A DNA stretch of 64,000 nucleotides from Candidatus Woesearchaeota archaeon (GTDB lineage: Archaea; Nanobdellota; Nanobdellia; Pacearchaeales; GW2011-AR1). A program made the position numbers and the translations under genes. This document shows positions 20,064 to 29,417 of the stretch, in pieces. The notes beneath the pieces are model-generated. The model searched no databases. It was given only the letters and a program-made list of their open reading frames with translations, and was not told where the DNA came from. Position 1 is the first letter of the stretch. Each line of letters begins with the position of its first letter. The stretch is taken from positions 125-64,124 of the forward strand of contig CAYFFD010000002.1 in the NCBI GenBank assembly GCA_964342415.1. The letters are read 5' to 3'.

Positions 20064-20795
20064 TCACCTCAATCTTTCTATAACTAAAAATCTTAAATGC
20101 CTAAAACCATCTCTAAAAGTTCTTAGTTTTGATTTTCCAATCCTTTTATGGTACACAATCGGGATTTCTTTTATTCTTAGTTTATTTCTTTTTATTCTGA
20201 CAAGCATTTCTGATGAGAACTCCATTCCTTGTTCTTTTAATTGTAATTTTTTTAATATTTCTTTTCTAAAGCCAATAAAACCTGTGCTTGATTCTGAGAC
20301 TTTAATATTGAATAATACTCTCAACAATAAATTAATTCCAGGATTCCCAATGTATTGGTGCAAAAAAGGCATGGCTCCTCTTTTTATTTCTCCTTTAAAT
20401 CTAGAACCAAGAACAACATCATTATTCTGTAAATGAACTAAAAATCTTGGTATTTCATTAAAGTCATATGAATTATCTGGATCTCCTAAAATTAAATAGT
20501 CTCCTTTAACATGTTTAAATCCTGAGAGATATGCATTCCCATACCCTTTTTTTAGTTCAAAAATATATTTTATCTTAAATTGCTTTGCTATTTTTGCAGA
20601 ATTATCTGTACTTCCATTATCTACAACAATAACTTCTCCATCAATTTCATTTTTTTCAAAAACATTTTGTATTTTTTGAATACTTTGTCCTATAGATTCC
20701 TCTTCATTAAGACATGGAAGAACAACAGAAACTTTTATCATATTTCTGAAAAATAGAATTGAGATATATAAATATTTCTTTATTAAAGAAATCAA
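20064..20795 (-). CDS. glycosyltransferase family 2 (Dpm1/AglD-like dolichyl-phosphate sugar synthase type)
   Basis: VSVVLPCLNEEESI, VVDNGSTDNS and GDPDNSYD. The start overlaps the nusA stop by 4 nt. Confidence 0.8.
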   Translation of the reverse strand: MISLIKKYLYISILFFRNMIKVSVVLPCLNEEESIGQSIQKIQNVFEKNEIDGEVIVVDNGSTDNSAKIAKQFKIKYIFELKKGYGNAYLSGFKHVKGDYLILGDPDNSYDFNEIPRFLVHLQNNDVVLGSRFKGEIKRGAMPFLHQYIGNPGINLLLRVLFNIKVSESSTGFIGFRKEILKKLQLKEQGMEFSSEMLVRIKRNKLRIKEIPIVYHKRIGKSKLRTFRDGFRHLRFLVIERLR

Positions 20796-21208
20796 ACAAT
20801 CTTTAATTCTTTGTTAAAATAATCTCTTGAAATTTTTTGTAGCTCAAAAAGCCGCCTTTTGTTTCTTCCTATTAAAGCTGCCTTACTTTGCGATCCTGCT
20901 GTCAGAATTATTTCATTATCTTTAACTTCAAGATCCTTAAAGGTAACTGGATTAACAATTGATTCTATAAATTTTTTCACTTCAAGAATCCCCTCAGGAT
21001 TTGAGATCACCTTTACTCTTTTGTTAAGAATCTCATTTATTTTTCTTATGTTTCTTCCCTTCTCACCTATTGCCCTTGAAACAAGAGTTTTCGGAACGCA
21101 GAAAATTATTGCATTATTATACGCAAAACAAAACCTTGTGCTTATTTGTGTGATTTTTCCAAATAAATTCAAATACCTCATATCCTGCATATTAATAGTC
21201 CGTGCCAT
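20792..21208 (-). CDS. nusA: archaeal NusA-like KH-domain transcription factor
   Basis: 138 aa with two KH-like modules (AIGEKGRNIRKINE; ALIGRNKRRLFELQ). It sits directly after rpoA, as in the conserved archaeal RNAP operon. Confidence 0.8.
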   Translation of the reverse strand: MARTINMQDMRYLNLFGKITQISTRFCFAYNNAIIFCVPKTLVSRAIGEKGRNIRKINEILNKRVKVISNPEGILEVKKFIESIVNPVTFKDLEVKDNEIILTAGSQSKAALIGRNKRRLFELQKISRDYFNKELKIV

Positions 21209-21214
21209 GTTTGT

Positions 21215-24200
21215 TTATTTTTTTACTTTTTCAATAACTTTCTTTTTTACAGAAGTTTTTTCAGAATCTTTTTTAACTAGAGGTCCTGTAATTTTAACAG
21301 TCAATCCAGGAAGGCCTGTTCCTACAGGAACGGGCTGATTCAAAATAATATTTTCAATAACGCTTGACAATTCATCCTTGCTTCCTTTTATAGATGCATT
21401 TACAAATTGCTTGTCAGGAGTTTCAAAAGTCGCCCTTGCTAATATGGATGATTTTTGTGCGATAATACCCATTCTTGTGACCCCTTTAACAAGTCCTGTA
21501 TTTGTCATAGCATCTGAAACAAATTCAAGATGACTCATATCAATATCAAGTCCTTGGGTATTAAGAACTTTTTGAATTTCTTCGATTATTAATTGTCTTG
21601 CTGATTCAATTCCAAATATACTTGCCATTTCATGAAGGTCATTTGAAATTGTCCTGTTTTTGTCAACCTCTTTCAAAGGAATTATTTTTTTCAAATTGGT
21701 TCCAAGTGTTATAATAACAAAATTCCTGTCTTGCTTTACAACTATAACTTGGCTTATTCCCTTAATTCCCGAAATTATTGTATCTTTAATTTTTTCCTTG
21801 AGCTTGTAGATTTCCCTGAAGTTATATTCTGAAGTGTTTATTATTACTGAATTGTCTTTTTCTCTTGTTTTGAATCCAGTTTCATTGAAATGTTCTGTGA
21901 CTTTTTTGATTGATATATGACTTTGTCTTAGCGCTTGTCTATCGATTTTTATTTCAATATTTTTTTCACTGAAGTTCAAATTTATTTCAGACGCAATTTC
22001 TTTAATAGTGACTTCTTTTATTTTTTCAGCAAACACTTTTGCATTTTTTTCATTGTTGTGTTCTCTTGAAAGATAAATCTGCATTTGGGGTGAAGAAGGT
22101 TTTTTCCTTGCATCAAAAATTTCAATTAATCTTGGTAAACCTTGAGTAACCTGCATTTCTGAAACTCCTGCAAAATGAAAAGTTCTCAAAACCATTTGTG
22201 TTGAAGATTCTCCAAATGACTGCGCTGTAATTATTCCTATTGCCTCACCAGAATCCATTTTTCCATTAAGATGAAGCCGTGAAACATCGAGTCCTCTGCG
22301 TCCATATTCAAACTGTATAATATTATTGTTGCTGTCTCTTATTGTCCCATCATATTCTCTTTTCAAATCTTGAATTGCATTTGCAAGTCTTCTGTAAAGA
22401 TATCCTGATTTAGGAGTTCTAAGGGCAGTATCCATAAGGCTATCACGACCTGTAATCGCTCCAAAGAAAAATTCGTCAGGTCTTAGACCTTTCATAAATG
22501 AACTTTTGATAAATCCTCTTGACTCTGGAGACAATTCATTTTTTTCGAAAAAGGGCAATGTTCTTTTATTATATCCAATTTCAATTCTTTTCCCTCCTAC
22601 AGACTGTTGTCCAACACAACATGCAATTTGTGTTATGTTAAGAATATTTCCTCCGCCTCCTGAGATAATCATATGGTTCACAGGATTATCTTTTGGAAAT
22701 TCTTTTTTAACCATCTCTCCAACTTTTGTTCTAACTTCATTTAAAGTTTGAAGAATTTTTATTTCTCTTGATTCTTCTTTAGTCTTACCGGGAATTATTT
22801 CAGAATTATTTTTACTGTATGTTTCTATTATCTCATCTGTTTTTTTCCTTGCCTTTCTTATTATTTCCTCGCTCTCGTTAATTGCTTTTTCGTTTAAATT
22901 TAAATCTTCAAGAGAAATTGTTATTCCTCTATTTGACAAATAATTTATTCCGAGGTTAAATGCATTTCTTATTGTTTTTATTGTCTTGCCTCTTCCAATT
23001 AATTTGTCAAGATATTTAATCAACTCTCCATTCTCTTCTCCAAAAAGAGTCTTGTCTATTTTTCCATTTACAATATTTCCATCTTTAATTCTTATTGAAT
23101 CATTTGAAAAGTTCATCTTAGGTAATATTTCTGAGAAAATTTCCTTTCCTGAAACTGTTTTTTTCGAGATTTGTTTGCCAATTCCTAAATTATAAAGAAT
23201 TTGATTTGCATATTCTTTTGAAAACTCTCCTAGTCCAAAAAGGTAATTTCCAGTTATGGCATCTTCATCAAGACCTAAAAAATTTGTATTGTTTTTTGGA
23301 GAGATTAAATTTTCTTTGACATCTAAAAGAATTCTCGCTTCTGCTTTTGCCTCTTCTGTTTGTGGGGAGTGGATGTTCATTTCATCTCCGTCAAAATCAG
23401 CATTGTATGGAAATGTTACTGCTGAAGGTAGTCTGAATGTTTTTCCAGGAAGAATTTTTACGAAATGAGCCATCAAACTTCCCTTGTGAAGACTTGGATG
23501 CCTGTTGAACAATACAACATCTCCATCTTGCAAATACCTTTCGACTTGATAACCTGGGGCAAGCTCTTTTATGATTTCATTTTTTAAATCAGGAGTGATT
23601 TTCTTTCTTTTTTCATCAGTTCTTATCACATAATTTGCTCCAGGATATTCCTCACCTCTTTCAACAAGCTTTTTCATTTTCTCAAGATTAAGGTCAGTCA
23701 CTGTTTCAGCAACAGTCACAACTTTTGCAATTTCATAAGGAACTCCAACCTCGTTGATTTCAATTGAAGGGTCTGGGGAAATAACTGTTCTCGCGGAATA
23801 ATTAACTCTTTTTCCTGCAAGGTTTTTTCTTATTCTTCCTTCCTTACCTTTTATTCTTTCGGTTATTGTTTTTAGAGGTTGTCCACTTCTATGTCTTGCT
23901 GGTGGAATCCTTGTGATAGTATTGTCAAAGAAAGTTGTTATATGATATTGAAGCAAATCCCATAAATCAACTATTATAACTTCTGGAGCTCCTGCATTCA
24001 GGTTTTCCCAAAGTCTTTGGTTTGCTCTTATAATATCTGAAAGTTTATGTGTTAAATCATCCTCGCTTCGTTCTCCTGATTCAAGAATAATACTTGGTCT
24101 TACTGTTACTGACGGAACTAAAAGTAAGGTTATTATAGCCCATTCAGGTCTCGCAGCCTCTGGATCGACACCTACTTTTCTAAGCTCATCACCAGGAATC

Positions 24201-24700
24201 TTTACGAGGATTTCCCTTATTTCTATAGGAGACAATCTTTTCTTTCCCATGTAAAAACTTGTTGGCTTGTCAATCTTTACTTTTTCTTGGCTTACACTAC
24301 AATGAGGGCATTTCTTTGAATCTTTTGCTTTTTTTACTCTTTCACTTGGAGTATATTTTTCCAAATCCTTATCATTAAGCATTAATTTTCCACAGTCATG
24401 GCAGAAACATCTTAAACCCATCTCAATCAGTGGAACATATTTTAAATGAACTACTGGACGGGCAAGTTCAATTCTTCCAGGATGGCCTAAACATTCTTTT
24501 AGTCTTCCTCCACAAGTTCTACACCTTACCCCTGGATCAATTGCTCCTAATCTTAAATCCATTAAGCCTCCATCAACAGGATATCCATCAATATCATATA
24601 ATTCAGGGGTCACAATTTTTCCAACAGAAATTTTTTTAATCTGTTCAGGATTAAGTAATGAAAAACTTATTTCAGCAACTTTTTTTCTTATTATTCTCAT
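21215..24700 (-). CDS. rpoA: DNA-directed RNA polymerase largest subunit; A' and A'' equivalents in a single ORF
   Basis: One uninterrupted 1161-aa ORF contains the RCRTCGG zinc motif, the NADFDGDEMN catalytic loop and the bridge helix GRDSLMDTALRTPKSGYLYRRL. It also contains the trigger-loop region AQSFGESSTQMVLRTFHFAGV, which is normally the start of the A'' subunit. Confidence 0.9.
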   Translation of the reverse strand: MRIIRKKVAEISFSLLNPEQIKKISVGKIVTPELYDIDGYPVDGGLMDLRLGAIDPGVRCRTCGGRLKECLGHPGRIELARPVVHLKYVPLIEMGLRCFCHDCGKLMLNDKDLEKYTPSERVKKAKDSKKCPHCSVSQEKVKIDKPTSFYMGKKRLSPIEIREILVKIPGDELRKVGVDPEAARPEWAIITLLLVPSVTVRPSIILESGERSEDDLTHKLSDIIRANQRLWENLNAGAPEVIIVDLWDLLQYHITTFFDNTITRIPPARHRSGQPLKTITERIKGKEGRIRKNLAGKRVNYSARTVISPDPSIEINEVGVPYEIAKVVTVAETVTDLNLEKMKKLVERGEEYPGANYVIRTDEKRKKITPDLKNEIIKELAPGYQVERYLQDGDVVLFNRHPSLHKGSLMAHFVKILPGKTFRLPSAVTFPYNADFDGDEMNIHSPQTEEAKAEARILLDVKENLISPKNNTNFLGLDEDAITGNYLFGLGEFSKEYANQILYNLGIGKQISKKTVSGKEIFSEILPKMNFSNDSIRIKDGNIVNGKIDKTLFGEENGELIKYLDKLIGRGKTIKTIRNAFNLGINYLSNRGITISLEDLNLNEKAINESEEIIRKARKKTDEIIETYSKNNSEIIPGKTKEESREIKILQTLNEVRTKVGEMVKKEFPKDNPVNHMIISGGGGNILNITQIACCVGQQSVGGKRIEIGYNKRTLPFFEKNELSPESRGFIKSSFMKGLRPDEFFFGAITGRDSLMDTALRTPKSGYLYRRLANAIQDLKREYDGTIRDSNNNIIQFEYGRRGLDVSRLHLNGKMDSGEAIGIITAQSFGESSTQMVLRTFHFAGVSEMQVTQGLPRLIEIFDARKKPSSPQMQIYLSREHNNEKNAKVFAEKIKEVTIKEIASEINLNFSEKNIEIKIDRQALRQSHISIKKVTEHFNETGFKTREKDNSVIINTSEYNFREIYKLKEKIKDTIISGIKGISQVIVVKQDRNFVIITLGTNLKKIIPLKEVDKNRTISNDLHEMASIFGIESARQLIIEEIQKVLNTQGLDIDMSHLEFVSDAMTNTGLVKGVTRMGIIAQKSSILARATFETPDKQFVNASIKGSKDELSSVIENIILNQPVPVGTGLPGLTVKITGPLVKKDSEKTSVKKKVIEKVKK

Positions 24701-24701
24701 T

Positions 24702-27700
24702 TTATTCGTATTTATTTTTCAGTTTTAATTTTGAACGAATATGCATACTTTGAAGCTCTTCTAAAAGAAGTTTAAACACATATGATATTTCAACTGATTC
24801 AGCATCTTCGCCACCACATAATAGACAAATTATTCTATCTCTTATGTTATCTTCTATGGCGATTGCTCCACAATCAGAGCAAATTTGCAAGACAACCTTA
24901 TCTGAATCATATCTTTCCTTCAATAACAATGATGCTCCGTGAGCCACCAATGCTTGCTGCTCCATTTCACCCAATCTTAAAGCTCCACCTCTTGAACGGC
25001 CTTCTATTGGCTGTCTTGTCAACAAAGCAACTTTTCCAGAAGCCCTTCCATGAATTTTATTCGCAACCATGTACTTTAATTTTAAGTAATATAAATTTCC
25101 AATAAAAATTCTCGCCGTCATTCTTTTTCCTGTTACTGCATTATACATTGTTTCTTTTCCATCATATCTAAATCCAAGATTTTCAAGCTGGCCTTCAAGC
25201 TCTTTTTTTCCTTCCCCTGAGAAAGGTGTTCCATCCACAATTTCCCCTCTTAAACTGCTGACTTTTCCTGCGAGCAATTCAAGCAAATAACCTACAGTCA
25301 TTCTACTTGGTAGGCCATGTGGATTGAAAATTACATCTGGTTTTATCCCATTAGAAGTAAATGGAATATCGTTTTCGGGAACAACTGCCCCGATAACTCC
25401 TTTTTGCCCATGAGCAGTTGCAAACTTGTCTCCAATCTCTGGAATCCTTGAATCTCTTGTTCTTACTTGAATAATTTTATTGCCCTGAGAATCTTTTGTC
25501 ACAAAAACAGATTCAACAATTCCTTTTTCTTCTTGTCTCATTGTCACGCTTGACTCTTTTTTTGTTCTTATAGATATTTCTCTCGCTTCAGAAAGGAATT
25601 TAGGAGGTGATATCTTCCCAATGAGAACTTCCTCTTCACCCATATTAGCCTCTGGATAAACAATCCCGTCATCTTCTAGGAATCTATAGCTTTCTTCAGT
25701 CTTATAACCTGATGTGGCTTTTTCAGGAATTATGATTTCATCTTTTAATCCACCTGCATAATTCATTTCAATTGTTGAATAAGGTCTGAAATAAAAGCTC
25801 CTTCCAACTCCTCTGTCTAAACTTCCCTTGTTAAAAACCAAAGCGTCTTTCATGTTGTATCCTTCATGAGTCATTATTGCAACAACTAAATTTTGTCCAG
25901 CAGGGTACGCATCCAAAGTATCATAAACAAAACTTCTTACAAGCGGTTTTTGAGGATATTGTAAAACAGAAACATCTGTGTCTAGTCTGCAAAGATAATT
26001 CGCAGCATACAATCCTAAGGCTTGCTTCTGTGTTTTACTTCCTCTGTTTAATCTAGAGCTCTGGTCATGATTCCCGTAAGGAACCAATGAAGTTATAACC
26101 CCAAGCAAATCCATTGTATCTATTTCAAGATGAGTATTCTCAGGAGTTAATTCTTCCTTGTATAATGAAATTAAAGAATTCTCTTCTTCAGAAGTGTCAA
26201 TATATTCTATAATTTTTTCTTTTATCAAATCATCCCACTTCATTTCATTTTGCTCTAGCTTAATCAAATGCTCATTTGTCAAACTTGAAACGCCGTTCTT
26301 AACAATTATCAAAGGCCTTAATGCCCTTCCAGGTTCTGTAGAAATTAAAACGGTGTTGAAATCAGTATCATTTTTTACATTTAGTTCTAAAGGAAATTCT
26401 TGGTCTCTTCTTTTTTCTCTTATTTTTGTTACAAACTCTTGAGGGGAAGTCACGCTTCCAACAAATTTTCCATCAAGAACAACATCTGTTTCAGCGGTTT
26501 CTTCTTTGTTAAGTCCTATCTCTTCCAAGTTTTTGATTATTTCATCATGGCTTATCTTTACTCTTGTAGAAATTCTACATAAAATTGAAAGGTTTTTTCT
26601 CAACCCAATCTCTGTTCCCTCAGGAGTTTCTATTGGACAGAATTTTCCATAATGAGTTGGGTGTAATGTACGTGCCATGAAATTTTCTTGATCACTTGAT
26701 AACATGCTTGAAACTCTTTGTAGTTGAGAGATTATTGCAAGATGGTTTGTCTTGTCCATGTTTTGTGTAACTCCAGACCTTTCACCAATCCAGCTTCCTG
26801 TTGCGATTGCAGATTCAACCCTATGAGAAAACAAAGTTGACTTAGCAATTGTTCTGATTGAAAACACTTTTTTCCTTTTTGATGCTTTTTGCAATGAGTA
26901 TTGTAAATCTCTTATAAGGATTCCAAGATTAACTCTAAATAAATTAGCCATCAAGTCTCCAGAAAGTCGGACACGCTTGTTTGCATAATGGTCTTTGTCT
27001 GTTTTGAGCTTAGGATTTTCTTTTACAACTAGAAATCTTTTTATCAGTTTACATAATGTTATTGCCTTTTTCATTCTATCTTCTTTTCCAGATCCGATGT
27101 GAGGAAGCAAATAAGAATCAACCCTTTGCTTAACTCTATCAAGAATCTCTTTTTTTGTTCCTTGAAGTGATGATAATTCTGCAATATGCATCATCGCATC
27201 TTCTGACTTTGCTATATTCACAAACTCGTAAAGGTTCACAATAACACTATCTGTTTCCCTTCCAATATGTTTTGCAATATCTGACTCTTTTACCATGCCC
27301 AATGCCTTTAAGATAATCACTGCAGGTATTTCCTTAAATCTGCTAAATGAAATTTCAAATATTCCTTCTTTGCTTTCAGAAATGTTTGTTGGAATCCTGT
27401 AAGTTCCTCTTGAAGAAAACATTCTCAAATTTAATTTTCCTTTGTTGTCGTTTTCAATAAAAGGTTGATTTTCTGCTAAGTCTTCGAGCATTACCATGAC
27501 TCTTTCGTTTCCATTAATAATAAAATATCCGCCTGTATCTAATGGGTCGTTATAGTTTTGGATTAATTCTTCCTTGGAAAGTCCAGAAGTATTGCATGCT
27601 TTTGATTTGACCATGACAGGAACTTTTCCAATTTCAACAATTTCAGAGTCAGTGTGCTCGTCCTTTCGAATTGTTATTTCAAGTGTTATTGGTGCAGAAT

Positions 27701-27956
27701 AAGTTAAATTCCTCAACCTTGCCTCATAAGGCATAACTAATGAAGAACTTCCATCGGACTCAACAATCCGTGGCTTCCCGATTTTTATTTTTCCTAAGTT
27801 TATTTCAAAATCATCAGGATTAACATTTTGAGCAACATCGTCGACAATTTCCTGCATTCTTTGCTCGAGAAAATTATTAAATGAAACAATATTTGATTCT
27901 ACTAGAGAATGTTCTGATAAATATTTTTTTACAACGATATGTTTATTCTTTTCCAT
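24702..27956 (-). CDS. rpoB: DNA-directed RNA polymerase subunit B (unsplit)
   Basis: GDKFATAHGQKGVIG, PSRMTVGYLLE and a C-terminal CSDCG...CLLCG zinc ribbon. The start is set to MEKNKH (nt 27956), because the longer ORF (to 28052) would overlap rpoH by about 80 nt. Confidence 0.95.
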   Translation of the reverse strand: MEKNKHIVVKKYLSEHSLVESNIVSFNNFLEQRMQEIVDDVAQNVNPDDFEINLGKIKIGKPRIVESDGSSSLVMPYEARLRNLTYSAPITLEITIRKDEHTDSEIVEIGKVPVMVKSKACNTSGLSKEELIQNYNDPLDTGGYFIINGNERVMVMLEDLAENQPFIENDNKGKLNLRMFSSRGTYRIPTNISESKEGIFEISFSRFKEIPAVIILKALGMVKESDIAKHIGRETDSVIVNLYEFVNIAKSEDAMMHIAELSSLQGTKKEILDRVKQRVDSYLLPHIGSGKEDRMKKAITLCKLIKRFLVVKENPKLKTDKDHYANKRVRLSGDLMANLFRVNLGILIRDLQYSLQKASKRKKVFSIRTIAKSTLFSHRVESAIATGSWIGERSGVTQNMDKTNHLAIISQLQRVSSMLSSDQENFMARTLHPTHYGKFCPIETPEGTEIGLRKNLSILCRISTRVKISHDEIIKNLEEIGLNKEETAETDVVLDGKFVGSVTSPQEFVTKIREKRRDQEFPLELNVKNDTDFNTVLISTEPGRALRPLIIVKNGVSSLTNEHLIKLEQNEMKWDDLIKEKIIEYIDTSEEENSLISLYKEELTPENTHLEIDTMDLLGVITSLVPYGNHDQSSRLNRGSKTQKQALGLYAANYLCRLDTDVSVLQYPQKPLVRSFVYDTLDAYPAGQNLVVAIMTHEGYNMKDALVFNKGSLDRGVGRSFYFRPYSTIEMNYAGGLKDEIIIPEKATSGYKTEESYRFLEDDGIVYPEANMGEEEVLIGKISPPKFLSEAREISIRTKKESSVTMRQEEKGIVESVFVTKDSQGNKIIQVRTRDSRIPEIGDKFATAHGQKGVIGAVVPENDIPFTSNGIKPDVIFNPHGLPSRMTVGYLLELLAGKVSSLRGEIVDGTPFSGEGKKELEGQLENLGFRYDGKETMYNAVTGKRMTARIFIGNLYYLKLKYMVANKIHGRASGKVALLTRQPIEGRSRGGALRLGEMEQQALVAHGASLLLKERYDSDKVVLQICSDCGAIAIEDNIRDRIICLLCGGEDAESVEISYVFKLLLEELQSMHIRSKLKLKNKYE

Positions 27957-27970
27957 TTTGATTTTCTTGA

Positions 27971-28210
27971 TTATACAACAACTCTGTAATAAAGAGTTGT
28001 TTTCCCTTCGTGAGTTTTTCGCTCTATTTTTATTACATCTCCAACAATACAATTTTCGGGCAAGGCAGAGTCATTTGAAAATATCTTCGGTAATTGTGAT
28101 TCAGAAATATTTAGCTTTTTCAAAAGTTCATCAGATTCTTTTTTGCTGAGTTTCGAATGTTTAGGTTGTAGGATGTGCATTTTATAGAAATTTAAAAGGA
28201 ATTTTAACAA
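27971..28210 (-). CDS. rpoH: DNA-directed RNA polymerase subunit H (Rpb5 C-terminal domain)
   Basis: HILQPKHSKLSKKESDELLKKLNISESQLPKI ... GDVIKIER ... YYRVV. The start could be the internal Met at 28180. Confidence 0.85.
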   Translation of the reverse strand: MLKFLLNFYKMHILQPKHSKLSKKESDELLKKLNISESQLPKIFSNDSALPENCIVGDVIKIERKTHEGKTTLYYRVVV

Positions 28211-28328
28211 CTTCTTAATAATGAAAAATAAAAAGTTTTAATTTATAAACCTTTGTGTTAAAAAGGCTTTACACAATAAGTTAAAGTTGCACAAAAAGTA
28301 AAATAAAAACAAAAGAAAAAAATTGAAA

Positions 28329-28772
28329 CTATGTGGTAGATTGTGATTTACTACCATCAATAACTTTTAACCTCTTTCTAGCATTTTGCACGCGAATTGC
28401 TTTTCCATATCCTCTAAGAGAGGCTAAAGTTTCCATTAGGCCCTCTCCTGCTTCCATTATCCTATAATTTACTTCAGTCATATAGGATTCTCTTTCTTCA
28501 GGTGTAGCATGTTCATAAAACTCACAAGCATTTGCGTGCATAAAATCTAAAGCTTTAATTCTAGATAGTCCAAAATCATTTTCTAAAGTGGTTGCAAGAT
28601 CATGAGGATTACCTATTTTACTAAGCTCATCACTAATTTCTCTTACTCTGGTTCTATATCTTTGAGCAACTTCTGGGTTTACAAGAGATGTAAAAGTAAC
28701 TGTCCCTCTTGGAAGTCCAGTGTGTTCTCTAGACATATATCTTGAAACATATTTATCAAATATTTTGAGCAT
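28329..28772 (-). CDS. hypothetical protein
   Basis: 147-aa ORF with non-biased, coding-like composition. No motif recognised. Confidence 0.5.
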   Translation of the reverse strand: MLKIFDKYVSRYMSREHTGLPRGTVTFTSLVNPEVAQRYRTRVREISDELSKIGNPHDLATTLENDFGLSRIKALDFMHANACEFYEHATPEERESYMTEVNYRIMEAGEGLMETLASLRGYGKAIRVQNARKRLKVIDGSKSQSTT

Positions 28773-28874
28773 ACACCCTTAGATTCAAATTAGTTTTTAA
28801 ACTTTCCTATTGTTACCACTAAAGAATAATTATATACTTAAGAATTTCATCTCGTTTCATTTGACCAAATCAAA

Positions 28875-28948
28875 TGGCCCCGGAGGGATTTGAACCCCCG
28901 ACACCATGGTTAAAAGCCATGTGCTCTGCCAAGCTGAGCTACGGAGCC
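28875..28948 (-). tRNA. tRNA-Lys (anticodon UUU)
   Basis: Hand-folded cloverleaf on the minus strand. Acceptor ggctccg/cggggcc, D arm gctc/gagc, anticodon stem catgg/ccatg with loop cTTTTaa. T arm ggggg-ttcaaat-ccctc, discriminator A, CCA not encoded. 74 nt. Confidence 0.9.
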
Positions 28949-28995
28949 AACATATTAATAGAAGTATTATTGAGAATTATTTTATAAACTTTCCT

Positions 28996-29322
28996 TTAAA
29001 CAAAATTCTTAAGTTTTTTTTCAAATTCTTCTGAAGGCATTGCACCTATAAACTGTTCAATTTGTTTTCCGTTTTTGAACAAAATGAAATTTGGCAGTGA
29101 AACAATGTCAAATTTCTGCGCAAGTTCTTGATTATCTTCTATATTCACTTTTCCAAAATTTATTTTTCCTTTAAATTTTTTTGAAAGTTCATCAATAATG
29201 GGAGCCATCATAATACAAGGCATGCACCAATCGGCAGCAAAATCAATTAAAACCAAATCACTTTTGATATGATTCTCAAATTCTTTTTCAGACAATTCAG
29301 GAACTTCATCATTATGAGTCAT
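28996..29322 (-). CDS. trxA: thioredoxin
   Basis: 108 aa; WCMPC active site (a variant of WCGPC) in the usual position. Confidence 0.85.
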   Translation of the reverse strand: MTHNDEVPELSEKEFENHIKSDLVLIDFAADWCMPCIMMAPIIDELSKKFKGKINFGKVNIEDNQELAQKFDIVSLPNFILFKNGKQIEQFIGAMPSEEFEKKLKNFV

Positions 29323-29417
29323 ACATTAAAGAATAAATTTTTTATTTATAAAAGTTTCTCTGATTAGTATATTAAATTATATATTTATTTAAAAAAGAAT
29401 ACACCTGGATTATTAAG

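Noticed and set aside
27957-28052. The N-terminal 32-aa extension of the rpoB ORF (MYCWRCNKNRAK...).
   Set aside because: It would overlap rpoH by about 80 nt and looks non-homologous. The internal MEKNKHIVVKKYL start leaves a 14-nt gap after the rpoH stop.
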